Shown piece by piece: positions 32,290 to 45,005 of a stretch of 64,000 bases of DNA. The first letter of the stretch is position 1, and each line of letters opens with the position of its first letter. The stretch is taken from positions 2,912,001 through 2,976,000 of the forward strand of contig OZ001293.3 of the NCBI GenBank assembly GCA_963921275.4. Reading direction: 5' to 3'. The DNA comes from an uncultured Hormoscilla sp. Lineage in GTDB: Bacteria; Cyanobacteriota; Cyanobacteriia; Cyanobacteriales; Desertifilaceae. The position numbers were made by a program, and so were the translations under genes. The notes under the pieces are model-generated. The model was not told the origin of the DNA. It searched no databases and worked only from the letters and a program-made list of their open reading frames with translations.

Positions 32290-33357
32290 TTAATCTCTAC
32301 TCTGCCCATCTGGGGCTAAAATTTGATGCAATAAATCTCGATGACTCAGGGCCCGGTCTACAAGGGACTGAATTTGATTGGCATCTAGGGGAGCTCTCTG
32401 GCGGAAATGTGCTAACCAGGTTTTGCTAAGAAGATGGGGATCCTCTGGCATTTGGGCTAACTGCCATCCAGGTAGAGCCAGTTCTGCCATCAGTTGGTCT
32501 ACCTTCGGATCGTAACTGACGGCTATGCATTGACATTGGGCTGCTGCTGCCATAATCATAGCATGCAGGCGCATGGCGATCGCCATCTGTACCCCCTGAA
32601 ATACCCCTTTGAGAACTTTGGGATCTTCGAGCATGATAATTTGGCTGACTCCCGATAGCTGGGGTCCGATGGCCTGGGCGATCGGCATCTCGATGTCTGG
32701 TTGAAAGAGGAGGAGTAAGATGCTGGCATTGGTAGCTTGCTGAAATAGTACCAGAGCCCGGGTGAGATTGTCCAGTCGCTGTGGTGTCAGTTGGGGGTGT
32801 GGGCGCAATGTGACGGCAACTCTCGGTTCTGGTAAGTCCCGCAGTGCTGGGACTGGTTTTGAGTCTAAGGCCCAAACGGGGTCTGGTGCTAAATTATAGG
32901 GTATTTGCCATGCTTGCAGGACGGCAGCTGAGGCTCGATCGCGGACCGAGACTGCCGTGCAACCAGCAAAGGCCCGCCGCGCGATCGCCCGAGTCAGGGG
33001 ACGGTGTAGGGGGCCAATTCCCTGGGCCCAAGCAATTGTTTTCAAGCCCATCTGTTGTGCTAATCCCATCAAACCACTATAGTATAGAGGACTAAGAGCG
33101 CTAGTGGCATCTTGGATTAAACTACCGCCGCCCCAGATGAAAACCTCTGAGTTACTTAATGCTGACAGGACTTGGAACGCGGATAGGCGATCGCGAGAAA
33201 CCACCCCGTAGCGAGTCTGGGTTTGGTGAGGATTTCCTGACAATACCAAAGGCGTCACATTTTCTGGTAACATTTGCAATAGGGTGGCCAGCAATGCCTC
33301 ATCGCCGCCATTACCTTTACCATAGTAGCCGCACAATACCGCCCTAATTTTCTTCAT
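32290..33357 (-). CDS. csaB: polysaccharide pyruvyl transferase
   Basis: CGYYGKGNGGDEALL, GGGSLIQD, SVRD, MRLHA, SYDPKV. Confidence 0.92.
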   Translation of the reverse strand: MKKIRAVLCGYYGKGNGGDEALLATLLQMLPENVTPLVLSGNPHQTQTRYGVVSRDRLSAFQVLSALSNSEVFIWGGGSLIQDATSALSPLYYSGLMGLAQQMGLKTIAWAQGIGPLHRPLTRAIARRAFAGCTAVSVRDRASAAVLQAWQIPYNLAPDPVWALDSKPVPALRDLPEPRVAVTLRPHPQLTPQRLDNLTRALVLFQQATNASILLLLFQPDIEMPIAQAIGPQLSGVSQIIMLEDPKVLKGVFQGVQMAIAMRLHAMIMAAAAQCQCIAVSYDPKVDQLMAELALPGWQLAQMPEDPHLLSKTWLAHFRQRAPLDANQIQSLVDRALSHRDLLHQILAPDGQSRD

Positions 33358-33398
33358 TTTATCTTAGCTTTCCATTCTCAATTCACCAATAGTAATTT

Positions 33399-33701
33399 AT
33401 GCATGCTCTCTCAATTCCAACTTGGATCATTCACATATCTAGCGTCATTGAGTGGATCGCCGCCATCTGGTATATCTGGACCTATGGCGAACTGACGCGC
33501 GATCGCACTTGGTACGGGTTATCATTAGCGATGCTACCAGCACTGATCGGCGCCATGTGTGCTTGCACCTGGCATTTTTTTGATAACCCTGCATCTTTAG
33601 AATGGCTCGTTACTCTACAAGCAGCGATGACAGTTTTAGGTAACTGCACCGTCTGTGCTACTGGTTGGTGGATCTGGCGATCTAGTCTCAGCGAACAGTG
33701 A
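33399..33701 (+). CDS. ycf49: Ycf49/DUF2499 membrane protein
   Basis: MHALSIPTWIIHISSVIEW, MCACTWHFFDN. Confidence 0.85.
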   Translation: MHALSIPTWIIHISSVIEWIAAIWYIWTYGELTRDRTWYGLSLAMLPALIGAMCACTWHFFDNPASLEWLVTLQAAMTVLGNCTVCATGWWIWRSSLSEQ

Positions 33702-33755
33702 GCATTACCAGTGCCGGAGTTCATCAGCAATCAACAATTAACAATCAACAAATAG

Positions 33756-34046
33756 ATGATTTCTAAAGACACGCTGTTTGCGTTATCCCTGTTTCCCTAC
33801 CTAGGATTTCTGTGGTTTATTACCCGCTCGGGGAAAATGCCGCGTTTATCCCTGATAGGATTTTACATGACTCTAGTGTTTGTTGGCGTCACCATTCCAG
33901 CGGGTATTTACTCCCAGGTAGCCTATAGTGAATCTTTAGCAAATGTAGATTGGCTGCACGGAGGCGCGGAGTTCTTTTTAACCCTGTCGAATATTTTGAT
34001 TGTCCTGGGTTTCTATCAAGCGGTGAGGGAGAAAAAGCAGGAATAA
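33756..34046 (+). CDS. DUF3593 membrane protein
   Basis: LFALSLFPYLGFL, LANVDWLHGGAE. Confidence 0.85.
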   Translation: MISKDTLFALSLFPYLGFLWFITRSGKMPRLSLIGFYMTLVFVGVTIPAGIYSQVAYSESLANVDWLHGGAEFFLTLSNILIVLGFYQAVREKKQE

Positions 34047-34174
34047 ACAGGACTTTTATGGATGGCTAATTGTGAATTGTCCCTCGTTTATTAATATCCA
34101 TAGCGCAGTTCATATCGCGCGGCGCGCGCGTCGCGCCGCAATTATAAATTCGTTCCAGACAAGAAGTGTTAGTG

Positions 34175-37100
34175 TTATCGAGATAATGATTGCAGCCAAA
34201 CCTGATTATTGCGCAACTCTCGTAGACTTGCTATAATTTTCACTGCATTTTCTGGATCTTGCACCCAGAATTCATGTCCAAAACGAATCACACGACGAAT
34301 GTGAAAGTCTTTACCCTCGACGAGCGCGAGCACGGGAACTTTGGGTTTATGGGTCTCTCCTGAGAGGTCTTTCAACCTTGATGATAGTTGATTGTGAAAT
34401 ACCTTACTACTAGCCATCTTATCGGTCAGTTTCATCACCACCAGGTAATTGAGTTCAATCCGGACAGCGTCTGACACCATCAGCAACCACCTTTCGGCAT
34501 CCTGTTGTTGCACTTTCCCCCAAAGCATGACAAGGCTGTCCTCCCACCGTTCCGGAAAAATCAGAGATGAGCCAATTTTCTGATACAGCTCTGGTTTAAC
34601 AATGGCCACACCCGATCCAGTCAAGTCCTTAAGCACCAGAAATGTCAGGCGTGAGTCCTCTGGTTTATGTTCAGTATGATGGACTTCTTCGATCGTAGCA
34701 ACCACCCGGACAGCTACTTGGGAGTGCTGTTGTGACAGATGGCTGAGATTAATCGGATCGAGACCCAGTTTTTTCGCTGTGAGTTGTACGGACTTCAGGT
34801 GCTGGAGTTTTTGCCGATCGATTTCACCTTTTGTTTGGGTTGGCGATCTGAAGCGATCGCTATCTGGAAAAACGTAAGACTGCTGCGGCGTCCTCAAACG
34901 CACCAACCGCTGCTCTGATTTGACGAACGCTGCGCGAAAAATCGACTCATTTTCTTCTGGTTCTGACTGAGGTTCCATATTCATCTTCTGGTGTTTTGGT
35001 GGCTGGCTATCTGAGGCGATCGAGGATCTCCCCCCGGGGGTTTCAACCCCCGACAACCCCTGACCATAAGGGGGGAACCCCTCATTTTCTTCTGGTTCTG
35101 ACTGAGGTTCTATCTCGATTTTTCGCGCAGCGTTCTCCTGTTTTGGTGGCTGGGTATCTGAGGCGATCGAGGATCTCCCCCGATTTTTCGCGCAGCGTTC
35201 CTCCTTCCCATACATCTCGAACCGATCTATTTCCGGTTCCGACTGGGGTTTTGTTCCGGAAAAATCGTCCGACATCAACTGCTCCTCTGGTGGCTGGAAG
35301 TCATCTATTTCTGGTTCCCACTGGGGTGCGGATAACATCCTCTGCTGCTCTGGTTTTTCAGCATTATCCACGATCAACTGAACTTTTTGTTCATCCTGGC
35401 GATCGGGTTTCCCTATGAGGATCCGTGGATTATCATGTTCGAGCAACTCTTCAATATCTTCATAACTTTTGGGAAAGACGATCGCTTCTGCTTTTCCAGT
35501 CAGGTCTTCTATTTGCATAAATGCCATGCGATCGCCATTTTTCGTGATATGCTGTTTCACCTCTGTAAGCATCACTAGGACTTTAATCTGTGTTCTGCCT
35601 TTTTGCTCCTCTAGCTGGTCCAAATTTATGGCATCTTCCGGTCGCTGCACCGATTTCAGGGGATGAGCCGAAACGTAATATCCCAAGTATTCCTTTTCCC
35701 ACTTCAACTTTTCTTCCACGGTACAATCCTTAACAACCGGTAGCTCCGGAGCCGGTGACTTAAAGCTTTCCATGTTAAATAGAGTCAGCTGGGAGCCGGA
35801 GTTAAGGCTATTTTTATTTTTCTGTGCCCACTCGGTCACGTCTTTGAGATATTCTAATAATTGATAGCGATTGGAGTTTATCATATCGAATGCTCCACAT
35901 TTGATTAAAGCTTCCAAAGCGCGTTTGTTTACCGCCTGCAAATCTAGACGATCGCACATCGAAGCCAGATCCTGAAACTCACCACCCTCTTTCTGGGCCT
36001 TAATAATAGATTCTATTGCATGTGTGCCCAGATTTTTCACCGCCGACAGTCCAAATAAAATCTTTTTTCCCTCTGGCCTAAATTTCACTCCAGAGCGATT
36101 AATATTTGGTCCTTCTACCTCAATGCCCATTTTCTTACAATTAACGATATATTTTTGCACCTTATCCTGGTCGGAGCTGTTTTCACTCAGCAGCACCGCC
36201 ATATATTCTTCGGGATAGTTCGCCTTTAAGTAAGCCGTTTGATAGGTTACATAGGCATAGGCTGTAGAATGAGATTTGTTAAAGCAATATTCGGCAAACT
36301 TCACCATTTGCTCGAATAAACTTTCCGCTACATCTGTATGTATACCATTTTTTGCCGAACCATCTAGAAATTTTTCTCTATGCTTTTGCATTTCTTCTGG
36401 CTTCTTTTTTCCGATACTTCTCCTCAGTAAATCTGCTTGACCCAAGGAATATCCTGCCAAATCTTGAGCTACTTTCATAATCTGTTCTTGATAAACTAGA
36501 ACTCCGTAAGTTTCTTTGAGAATTGGCTCCAGCATGGGATGTTCGTAGGCAATTTTTTCCCGACCGTGCTTGCGATCGATAAATTTATCAACCAGTCCCG
36601 CATCCAAAGGTCCAGGTCGGTACAGGGCTAGAATCGAAGATATATCTTCTATATTATCAGGTTTCAATTTCTGTACCACCTGACGCATTCCCGAAGATTC
36701 TAATTGAAAGATGCCTTCTAAATCCCCTTTCCCTAGCAGCTCGTATGTTTTTTTGATATCTGGGGGAATTTTCTTTACTGTTCCTTTTGCAAAAATTTTC
36801 CAAGCTTCTCTCTCCTGTAGGGGAAATTGGTCTGGATTTATATCAAATTTACGAGTTTCTTTAATCAATTCTACCGTATTCTGAATAATCGTCAAGTTTT
36901 TCAATCCCAGAAAGTCCATTTTTAACAGACCCAGAGATTCCAGTTCTTCCATCGAATACTGAGTGATCGCCGCCCCTTCATTATTCTTTTGCAGCGGCAC
37001 AATTTCATCCAACGGTTCCGCTGAAATCACCACTCCCGCTGCATGCACGCCAGCGCTTTTGTTTGTCCCTTCTAACCGCATCGCCATATCTATCCACTGG

Positions 37101-38662
37101 CGGACCGGAATGTCGCCGGTGATTTCTCCCCGATCGTTTTTAACTTCAACTTTGCCATTTTCGTATGCTTCTTTGAACTTCGGTTCCGGCGACTCATCGG
37201 AAATCATCTCCTTCAGTTTTGCTGGTTTCCCCCGCGCTACCGGGATTAATTTCGCCATCCGATCGGCGTCTCCGTAGGAAACCCCCAAAACTCTGGCCAC
37301 ATCTTTGAGAACCGCCTTGGAAGTCATCCGGTTAAAAGTAATAATTTGGGCTACCTTTTCTTTACCATACTTATCCGTGACATATTTAATCATGTCATCC
37401 CTTCTTTCAATGCAGAAATCAGAGTCAATATCCGGCATTGATTTTCGTTCGGGATTGAGAAATCGTTCAAATAGCAGTCCGTGATGTACGGGATCTATAT
37501 TAGTAATTCTCAGTGCATAGGCCACCAGAGAACCGGCTGCACTTCCCCGTCCAGGCCCCACTGGAATGTGATTCTTTCTGGCATAATTTATATAATCCCA
37601 AACTACTAAGAAGTAACTGGAAAATTTTTTTTCCTGCATTACTTTCAGCTCAATTCCTAACCGTTCTTTATATTCTGGATAGCGCGTTTCAATTTCCTTG
37701 CGTCCTTTGCAGTTTAGCCGTTCTTCCAGTCCTTCCCATGTTTTTTCCTCAAGAAAACTATCTGGTGTATGGCCTTCCTTCTGATAATTGGGGATGCGCG
37801 GTGCCCCCATTATGTCATATGCTTGCACCTTATTCGCCACTTCTACCGTGTTCGCGATCGCCTTTTCGATCGCCTGATCTGGCAAATGATCTCTAAACAA
37901 CTGCTTCATCTCCTCTGCTGACTTGAGATACTCCGTCCCGCTGTAGCGAAAAGTCCGCTTTTCATCATTAAATAACTTATTCGTGTTAATACAAAGTAGA
38001 GCATCGTGAGCTTCTACATCATAGCAATCAATATAATGGGAATCATTAGTCGCCACTACCTTAATTCCCAGTTCCTGGGCCATATCCCAGATTTCCACAT
38101 TAACTATTCTATCTTCCTGGTAACCGTGGTCTTGAATCTCTAAATAGTAATCCTCTCCAAATATTTCCTTGTACCATTTTGCCACTTCCCAAGCTTCTTT
38201 TGCTCGATCGTTGAGAATTAGCTTTGGCACTTCTCCCGCCCGGCAACCACTGGTTACTATCAGACCTTCATGGTATTCTGCTAGCAATTCTTTTGTGATA
38301 CAAGGACGGGCAAATATCCCGCTGCCTTGCTTTCCCTCTAGATGGGACTTTGTCGTCAGCTTGACTAGATTTTTATAGCCCTGTGTATTTTTCGCCAACA
38401 CCGTTTGGTGATGGTTGCTGTACTTCCCTTTATGATTTTTAATTGTGTTATTTACCACATACATTTCATTGCCGATAATTGGCTTAATGTTTTTGCTCCT
38501 GCAAACCTTAATCAGCTCTATCGCCCCATACATTACCCCGTGGTCCGTCAGGGCGATCGCCTCCATACCCAACTCTTTAGCTCTAGAAACCAATTGTGGC
38601 AGTTGAGAAGCACCATCCAGCAGACTATAATCACTGTGAATATGTAGACCTACAAAATCCAT
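34175..38662 (-). CDS. dnaE: DNA polymerase III alpha subunit, contiguous and intein-free, with duplicated C-terminal OB region
   Basis: [41 protein letters not shown]. Confidence 0.95.
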   Translation of the reverse strand: MDFVGLHIHSDYSLLDGASQLPQLVSRAKELGMEAIALTDHGVMYGAIELIKVCRSKNIKPIIGNEMYVVNNTIKNHKGKYSNHHQTVLAKNTQGYKNLVKLTTKSHLEGKQGSGIFARPCITKELLAEYHEGLIVTSGCRAGEVPKLILNDRAKEAWEVAKWYKEIFGEDYYLEIQDHGYQEDRIVNVEIWDMAQELGIKVVATNDSHYIDCYDVEAHDALLCINTNKLFNDEKRTFRYSGTEYLKSAEEMKQLFRDHLPDQAIEKAIANTVEVANKVQAYDIMGAPRIPNYQKEGHTPDSFLEEKTWEGLEERLNCKGRKEIETRYPEYKERLGIELKVMQEKKFSSYFLVVWDYINYARKNHIPVGPGRGSAAGSLVAYALRITNIDPVHHGLLFERFLNPERKSMPDIDSDFCIERRDDMIKYVTDKYGKEKVAQIITFNRMTSKAVLKDVARVLGVSYGDADRMAKLIPVARGKPAKLKEMISDESPEPKFKEAYENGKVEVKNDRGEITGDIPVRQWIDMAMRLEGTNKSAGVHAAGVVISAEPLDEIVPLQKNNEGAAITQYSMEELESLGLLKMDFLGLKNLTIIQNTVELIKETRKFDINPDQFPLQEREAWKIFAKGTVKKIPPDIKKTYELLGKGDLEGIFQLESSGMRQVVQKLKPDNIEDISSILALYRPGPLDAGLVDKFIDRKHGREKIAYEHPMLEPILKETYGVLVYQEQIMKVAQDLAGYSLGQADLLRRSIGKKKPEEMQKHREKFLDGSAKNGIHTDVAESLFEQMVKFAEYCFNKSHSTAYAYVTYQTAYLKANYPEEYMAVLLSENSSDQDKVQKYIVNCKKMGIEVEGPNINRSGVKFRPEGKKILFGLSAVKNLGTHAIESIIKAQKEGGEFQDLASMCDRLDLQAVNKRALEALIKCGAFDMINSNRYQLLEYLKDVTEWAQKNKNSLNSGSQLTLFNMESFKSPAPELPVVKDCTVEEKLKWEKEYLGYYVSAHPLKSVQRPEDAINLDQLEEQKGRTQIKVLVMLTEVKQHITKNGDRMAFMQIEDLTGKAEAIVFPKSYEDIEELLEHDNPRILIGKPDRQDEQKVQLIVDNAEKPEQQRMLSAPQWEPEIDDFQPPEEQLMSDDFSGTKPQSEPEIDRFEMYGKEERCAKNRGRSSIASDTQPPKQENAARKIEIEPQSEPEENEGFPPYGQGLSGVETPGGRSSIASDSQPPKHQKMNMEPQSEPEENESIFRAAFVKSEQRLVRLRTPQQSYVFPDSDRFRSPTQTKGEIDRQKLQHLKSVQLTAKKLGLDPINLSHLSQQHSQVAVRVVATIEEVHHTEHKPEDSRLTFLVLKDLTGSGVAIVKPELYQKIGSSLIFPERWEDSLVMLWGKVQQQDAERWLLMVSDAVRIELNYLVVMKLTDKMASSKVFHNQLSSRLKDLSGETHKPKVPVLALVEGKDFHIRRVIRFGHEFWVQDPENAVKIIASLRELRNNQVWLQSLSR

Positions 38663-38744
38663 AATTGCTAATTGTTAGTTGGTTAAATCTTGAGCCCTGG
38701 TGGGCGCGGCCCACCTAACCCATCTCCACCACCCAATTTGACAA

Positions 38745-40199
38745 CTAAATCGGGGGGTTTTTTAAATGCCAGCTCGTCGTTTGCTCGTAGGCATTCGCCA
38801 CTTCCAACAGCTGGTCTTCTCGCAGTACCTTGCCTATTAATTGTAGACCGATCGGTAGTCCTTTCTCATCAAAACCACAGGGTATACTTAAAGCTGGCAG
38901 TCCTGCCAGATTAACTGGGATAGTCATCAAGTCCAATAAGTACATACTCAAGGGGTCTTCTGTTTTTTCTCCCGCCTTAAAAGCCGTCGTCGGAGCCGTG
39001 GGACAGGCCAATATATCTACCTTAGCAAAAGCCCGATCAAAGTCTTGCTTAATTAAAGTCCGGACCTTTTGGGCCTTAAGATAGTAGGCATCATAATACC
39101 CCGCAGAGAGAGCATAAGTCCCAATCATAATCCGGCGTTTCACTTCGGCCCCAAAGCCAACAGCACGAGTCTTACCATACATAGATAGGAGATTATCCCC
39201 CTCCACCCGCAAGCCATATTTTACCCCATCATAACGGGCCAGATTCGCTGACGCTTCCGAAGGAGCGATAATGTAGTAGGCTAGCAGACCGTAGCGGAAA
39301 CGGGGACAGGAAACTATCTGAACCTCTGCTCCCAAGTCCTGTAGATGTTCGATCGCCTTTTTCACTGTCTCTTCTACTGCCAGTTCTAACCCCGAGCCAA
39401 AGGTTTCTGCAATCACCCCGATTCTCAGCCGTCCTCTGGCCTTAAAATTGGGTTTGAGCATCCCCACATAGTCGGGAACCTCAGCATTCAGACTGGTAGC
39501 ATCTTTGGGATCGTAACCCGCGATCACCTGCAACAGAATCGCCGCATCTTCTACTGTACGACCCAATGGTCCAATTTGATCCAGAGACGAAGCAAAAGCC
39601 ACCAACCCATAACGAGACACCCGACCATAAGTAGGCTTGAGACCGAAGATGCCGCAGAACGATGCCGGTTGACGAATCGATCCTCCCGTATCCGAACCCA
39701 CAGCCACCACTGCTTGAGATGATGCTACCGCCGCTGCCGATCCGCCGGAGGAACCCCCTGGCACCCGGGATAGATCCCAAGGGTTAGCCGTCCCTTGATA
39801 AGCGGAAGTCTCTGTCGAACCTCCCATCGCGAACTCATCCAGATTAGTTTTCCCCACCATCACCGCACCCGCCGCCGCCAGTTTTTCCGTCACCGTTGAG
39901 GAGTAAGGTGGCACAAAACCTTCCAGAATGCGGGAACCACAAGTCGTGGGGATCCCTTTAGTACAGAGAATGTCCTTTATGGCGATCGGGATCCCTGCCA
40001 GCAGTCCTATTTCTTCTCCTGCGGCTATTTTAGCATCCACCGCCTTTGCCTGTTCCAGAGCCCGAGCGGCTGACACGCACAAGAAGCTGTGTAACTTTGG
40101 CTCCAAGGTCTCAATGCGATCAAGGGCTGCTTGGGTTATTTCTGTAGCCGAACGCTCTTTATTTATCAGTTGATTGTGCAACTCGCGAATGGATGTCAT
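38745..40199 (-). CDS. gatA: Asp/Glu-tRNA amidotransferase subunit A
   Basis: [31 protein letters not shown]. Confidence 0.97.
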   Translation of the reverse strand: MTSIRELHNQLINKERSATEITQAALDRIETLEPKLHSFLCVSAARALEQAKAVDAKIAAGEEIGLLAGIPIAIKDILCTKGIPTTCGSRILEGFVPPYSSTVTEKLAAAGAVMVGKTNLDEFAMGGSTETSAYQGTANPWDLSRVPGGSSGGSAAAVASSQAVVAVGSDTGGSIRQPASFCGIFGLKPTYGRVSRYGLVAFASSLDQIGPLGRTVEDAAILLQVIAGYDPKDATSLNAEVPDYVGMLKPNFKARGRLRIGVIAETFGSGLELAVEETVKKAIEHLQDLGAEVQIVSCPRFRYGLLAYYIIAPSEASANLARYDGVKYGLRVEGDNLLSMYGKTRAVGFGAEVKRRIMIGTYALSAGYYDAYYLKAQKVRTLIKQDFDRAFAKVDILACPTAPTTAFKAGEKTEDPLSMYLLDLMTIPVNLAGLPALSIPCGFDEKGLPIGLQLIGKVLREDQLLEVANAYEQTTSWHLKNPPI

Positions 40200-40702
40200 A
40201 CTCGGTACCTTCTCTAATCTTCCGTCCCGATTTTACTATAAGCCCAGCCCATCTCTTTTCTCTATTCTACCACAGCACCTGCAGAAGCAATTAAAATTCA
40301 AATTGCCAAGCTAATAACACAGCTCTCATTTATGCAAATTAAATGCATAAAGTTTATCATTCTTTCTCAATCACCTAGAGTCCAGTCAAATATTTTTCCC
40401 ATCACGACCTTCTACCATCAACCAGATCTTTTCAAAAAACCTGGTTTCTTACTTTAAGTATCGCTTCTTTTCGATCGCTGCTATATTCTATCATTTCTTT
40501 AGCAGCACTTATCTTTTTTTGATTATATACGATCGAGTATTCATCTTGCGAGCGGAGAAAATCAAGAGACAGGACAACGAAATTGATCGAGTAAAAATTC
40601 CAGATCGCGATCGACCAAGTCATCGCGATCTGGATGGCCGCGCCGACAGCGAATATACAGGCAATTATCCAGTGACTCGACACCTGCATGGTTAGTAAAT
40701 CT

Positions 40703-40990
40703 TTACATCTGGCCATTGAGGAATGGTGTCCTAGCTGCTGGCGCCGTCAACTCCCCCACCCATTCTTCAAAAATTGTCAGATTTATCGGTTTGCAGCGCA
40801 CCACTACAACTCTAATGCCGATCGCCCCTTCCTTTTCCAAGTCTTCTATGTATCCTGACTGGGCTACTTCCGCTCCCTTCTTGTTCGCAAACGGTCCGAA
40901 ATAGTAGGTGCAACGGGGGGTCTCGGTGACAATTTCCACCCACCATGCTAAACCCAGGGCGTTCAGAGAGCTAATCATCAATTCTTTCAT
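40703..40990 (-). CDS. DUF1816 family protein
   Basis: WWVEIVTETPRCTYYFGPF, GYIEDLEKEGA. Confidence 0.88.
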   Translation of the reverse strand: MKELMISSLNALGLAWWVEIVTETPRCTYYFGPFANKKGAEVAQSGYIEDLEKEGAIGIRVVVVRCKPINLTIFEEWVGELTAPAARTPFLNGQM

Positions 40991-41094
40991 TTCTTTTACC
41001 TCTTTATCAATGTTTGAGCGATATTATCCGGTGGTCCACAGGGGTTAGGTGCATTACATTTTGTTATGGTTCATTACTTTTCTTGTTTCACTGC

Positions 41095-42012
41095 TTAACT
41101 ATTCTTTACATTATTACCCAAATTCAGGGTATTTTCCCAGCGCTGACGAAAAATTTCATAAAGACTCATGGCCGCTGCTACCGATGCATTCAAGGTCGTA
41201 GTGTGTCCCAGCAGCGGGATGGAGACCAACAGGTCGCAGTAGCGTTGTGTCAACATACTCAGACCTTCGCCTTCCGAGCCTACTACTAATACCACCGGTC
41301 CAGTAAACTTAACAGCCTGTATTGGCTGACTAGCGGATGCGGCAGTGCCATAGATCCAAAAACCAGCCTCTTTCAATTCTTCCAAGGCCCGACTGAGATT
41401 GACAACCCGGGCAACTGGAAAATATTCTAAAGACCCTGCCGCCACCTTCATCACTGTCGAAGTCACCCCGGAGGCCCGGCGTTGGGGAATCACCAGTCCC
41501 TGACTCCCCAAAGCCTCTGCTGTGCGGATAATGGCACCTAAGTTTTGAGGGTCAGTAATGCCATCGGCTACCACCAGTACCGGTTGTTCGGAAATAGATT
41601 TGGCTTTTGCGATCAGTTCGCCCAGGTTAATGTAGGCGTAGGGCGCTACTGTTGCTGCCACACCCTGGTGATTGGCGTGACTGGTAATCTGGTTCAGACG
41701 CCGGTAGGAAACCTCATCGATGACTGTGCCAGTTGCCTTCGCTTGCAGCAGCTGGGAGTGAAAGCGAGGATCGTAGCGCATGCGTTCCGCGATCCAGACT
41801 CGGTTTAAGCGGCGCTTACCTCTCAGGGCCGCTAGGACAGTATGAATGCCGTAGATTAAATCAGTCTCTTGGTCAGTTGCTTGTGGGTCGGGGGCGACTG
41901 TGGCTGCTGGCGGTCGCGAGTTCCCTATAGGTTGAGGGCGCGATCGATCGCTCTTGGGCTTGTCCGGTTTCCCCCGCTGAGACTGAAGTTTTCGATCTTT
42001 TGGGGCTGCCAT
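41095..42012 (-). CDS. rlmB: 23S rRNA Gm2251 methyltransferase
   Basis: [30 protein letters not shown]. Confidence 0.92.
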   Translation of the reverse strand: MAAPKDRKLQSQRGKPDKPKSDRSRPQPIGNSRPPAATVAPDPQATDQETDLIYGIHTVLAALRGKRRLNRVWIAERMRYDPRFHSQLLQAKATGTVIDEVSYRRLNQITSHANHQGVAATVAPYAYINLGELIAKAKSISEQPVLVVADGITDPQNLGAIIRTAEALGSQGLVIPQRRASGVTSTVMKVAAGSLEYFPVARVVNLSRALEELKEAGFWIYGTAASASQPIQAVKFTGPVVLVVGSEGEGLSMLTQRYCDLLVSIPLLGHTTTLNASVAAAMSLYEIFRQRWENTLNLGNNVKNS

Positions 42013-42260
42013 AGAGTTTTCATTGCCTCATCTGCTAGTATAATGTATCAATCTGACATTAATCTGTGATCGTTGACACAATTTCGACGGGTTGTAGTAA
42101 ACACGAAGCGTGTTTACGCGATAGTCAGTTGCGTTGTGGGACAGGATTAGCTTGTATCAAGGGAAAGTCAAACTACCTGAAACCCTTTATCTGTGAGAAT
42201 TTCGGGCAGACCTCAATTAACAACCAACAACTAACAACTGACTACTAACATGAGAATCCT

Positions 42261-42698
42261 TCATCCTTCCAGATCCAGCTGTGCCAACAACTGGTTCAAT
42301 CGCTGGCAGTCTGTGAGGTATAGGTATCCGATCAAAGTCTCTAAGCTAGTAGCTTGCTGGTATGTTTCTGGGTCTAAGCGTCGGGGACATCCTGTAGCGC
42401 CGTTCCGTCCGCGCTTCAAAATTTCCAGTTCCACTGGAGTGAGGTGAGGTTCTAAAGAGTGTAAATGTCGCGCCTGACTTTCTGCTCGTACCTGGGCCAC
42501 CACTTGATGATGATAATCCCGCGATCGCTTGGGGGGCATCAGGTAATGGGTGCGGATATGTAGCTCATAGACAGCATCTCCTAAATAAGCCAATGCCGAG
42601 GGCGAAAGTCGTTTGATATCTGCCGGTGACAATGACAACCCCGGCTGAGTATTAAAGACCACCTGTTCCAAGATAGCAAACCTCACCAAAAAAAACAA
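42261..42698 (-). CDS. mrnC: Mini-ribonuclease III
   Basis: [31 protein letters not shown]; start uncertain. Confidence 0.88.
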   Translation of the reverse strand: MFFLVRFAILEQVVFNTQPGLSLSPADIKRLSPSALAYLGDAVYELHIRTHYLMPPKRSRDYHHQVVAQVRAESQARHLHSLEPHLTPVELEILKRGRNGATGCPRRLDPETYQQATSLETLIGYLYLTDCQRLNQLLAQLDLEG

Positions 42699-42743
42699 GC
42701 TATCCAGAAAAACCTCTGGATAGCTTTCTGAGCGGTTGGTGGC

Positions 42744-43136
42744 TCAAGACTTCTGGTTCTGGACATGTTCGACAGCCTCATCTATCGAGTTCCGCAAGGA
42801 CAAGAACTTCTCTAGTCGAACTACCTTCACAGTTTGAGTCACGCGAGCATTTGAGACGATTTGCAAAGTGCCTTCGGAATTTTGAGCCTTCTTGACCAGT
42901 TGCACTAATGCTCCTAGGCCAGAACTTTCAACAAAGTCTATCATCGAGAGGTCCAAAATAATATTGGTCGGACCCTCATCGATATACATGCCGATCTTCT
43001 TACGAAAAGCTGGCTCGGAAAAGGCGTCTAACAAACCAGCGAGGCGAAATATTTGATAATTTTCCCTGACATCACGAGTGCCTCTTAAACTAACGGTCAG
43101 GGTTAGTGGCTCAGGAATAAAACCCCCTCCTATCAA
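42744..43136 (-). CDS. STAS domain anti-sigma factor antagonist
   Basis: ILDLSMIDFVESSGLGALV. Confidence 0.9.
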   Translation of the reverse strand: MIGGGFIPEPLTLTVSLRGTRDVRENYQIFRLAGLLDAFSEPAFRKKIGMYIDEGPTNIILDLSMIDFVESSGLGALVQLVKKAQNSEGTLQIVSNARVTQTVKVVRLEKFLSLRNSIDEAVEHVQNQKS

Positions 43137-43448
43137 TATCGATCGTTTTCAACTCTTTAGATATATCCGGTTGCGTCGTCCGGACGCCCGGAGTAAGCTG
43201 TCGCTCATCTAAACTGCATATCGCTCATCTAAACTGCATATTTGGGCTGAGGGTAAAATCGTGGCAACCACCAGACCCATAAGCGTTGATTGCCAGAATG
43301 GCCATGTTAAAATAGGTAATTTAAATGCGCGACAGCTTATACTTTATCCTACTTCATTGTTTCTTGTGGTGTCCTGACAACTATCGATCTGTTTGGCTCT
43401 ATCAGGATCGATAATCTAGATTAACATGGGCAATGGGGTTTGTGCAAC

Positions 43449-44606
43449 CTATCCAGGGACGGAAGCACGAGCCGATCGCATGGCCTGGACAAACCGCTCG
43501 AACAGATAATCGGCGTCATGGGGACCAGGACTGGCCTCTGGGTGATGCTGGACGGAAAATAGCGGTAGGGATTTGTGCCGCAACCCCGCGACGGTGTGGT
43601 CATTGAGGTTCCAGTGGCTAATTTCCACATCGGCGTTGGCCAAGGATTCCGGATCGATGGCAAAACTGTGATTCTGGCTGGTAATCTCAATCTGTTGAGA
43701 CAACCCAGCTGGCTGATTTAAGCCGCGATGACCGAATTTGAGCTTGTAGGTTTGGGCCCCCAAGGACAGCCCTAAAATCTGGTGTCCCATACAGATGCCA
43801 AACATGGGTTTTTCCGCACCCAACAGGGCTTTGGTAGTTTCGATCCCTTCGGTGACGGCGGCTGGATCTCCAGGACCGTTGGAAAGAAAGATGCCATCGG
43901 GGTTGTATTTGAGGATCTCTGCTGCGGGGGTGCTGGCCGGGACGACGATGACGCGGCAACCGTAACTGGCCAAGCGGCGGAGAATATTGCGTTTGATGCC
44001 AAAATCAATGGCGACTACGGTGAAGGTTTCCGTGGTGCTACCCACACCAGTGGGGTTGAACTCCCAAACCTCCTCGGTGGCCTCAGACCACTCGTAGACT
44101 TGGGATGTGGTCACTTCGCGAACGAGATTTAAGCCATTCATGCTGGGTGCAAGCTTTACTTGGGCGAGTAATTCGGCCTCGTCCAGGATTTCGGTGGAAA
44201 TGCCGCCGTTCATGGCCCCGACAACGCGGATTCTGCGGGTGACGGCGCGGGTGTCGATGCCGTATATGGCGATAATGCCGTGTTGTTTCAGGTAGTCCGG
44301 TAGAGATTGGGTGGATCGCCAGTTGCTGGGGCGGGTGCAGATGTTGCGGGCGATCGCCCCCTTTACCTGGGGTCTACTGGATTCTTCATCTTCTGGGTTA
44401 ACACCGGTGTTTCCCAATTCCGGATAGGTGAAGGTGACGATCTGACCGCAGTAGCTGGGGTCGGTCAGGACTTCTTGATAGCCAGTCATCCCGGTGTTAA
44501 ACACGACCTCCCCTATGGTGGTTCCGGTGGCACCGAAAGACCAGCCGCGATAGCTGGAACCATCAGCAAGCACTAGCAAGGCGGACTTAGCATGAGAATT
44601 TGGCAT
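43449..44606 (-). CDS. carA: carbamoyl-phosphate synthase small subunit
   Basis: [38 protein letters not shown]. Confidence 0.97.
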   Translation of the reverse strand: MPNSHAKSALLVLADGSSYRGWSFGATGTTIGEVVFNTGMTGYQEVLTDPSYCGQIVTFTYPELGNTGVNPEDEESSRPQVKGAIARNICTRPSNWRSTQSLPDYLKQHGIIAIYGIDTRAVTRRIRVVGAMNGGISTEILDEAELLAQVKLAPSMNGLNLVREVTTSQVYEWSEATEEVWEFNPTGVGSTTETFTVVAIDFGIKRNILRRLASYGCRVIVVPASTPAAEILKYNPDGIFLSNGPGDPAAVTEGIETTKALLGAEKPMFGICMGHQILGLSLGAQTYKLKFGHRGLNQPAGLSQQIEITSQNHSFAIDPESLANADVEISHWNLNDHTVAGLRHKSLPLFSVQHHPEASPGPHDADYLFERFVQAMRSARASVPG

Positions 44607-44755
44607 AGATATGTTCGTAAAGCTGACAACGATGGTTATTATGGCACGATCGCCCTGGGTTCGATGGGTATCTGGATGACAAATTCTGCCCCTGTGCCAG
44701 TGCTGCTATAGGCGATGGTGCTGATAACCGGAGGCGGGCGGTATCTCCTGTGGGC

Positions 44756-44987
44756 TGTAACCTTACTGCTCGCACGGTGTAACCTTACTGCTCGCACGGT
44801 GTAACCTTATTGCTCGCAGGGTGTAACCTTATTGCTCGCACGGCGTAACCTTATTGCTCGCAGGGTGTAACCTTATTGCTCGCACGGCGTAACCTTATTG
44901 CTCGCAGGGTGTAACCTTATTGCTCGCACGGCGTAACCTTATTGCTCGCAGGGTGTAACCTTACTGCTCGCAGGGTATAACCTTACT
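44756..44987. repeat. tandem repeat, 22-nt unit YGTAACCTTAYTGCTCGCASGG x~10.5
   Basis: Direct inspection; central units alternate, giving a 44-nt higher-order period; no spacers. Confidence 0.95.
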
Positions 44988-45005
44988 CGAAGCGGGACGC
45001 CCGTT

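Noticed and set aside
40432..40716. 94-aa ORF downstream of DUF1816
   Set aside because: No motif, and it spans a palindrome (CCAGATCGCGAT...ATCGCGATCTGG); not supportable as a gene
42065..42210. Possible tmRNA/tRNA-like RNA between rlmB and mini-III
   Set aside because: Only one hairpin (GTAAACAC/GTGTTTAC); no acceptor stem, T-loop or tag reading frame was recognisable
44756..44987. Possible CRISPR array (also 21598-21734)
   Set aside because: Units are head-to-tail with no unique spacers, and no cas genes are nearby
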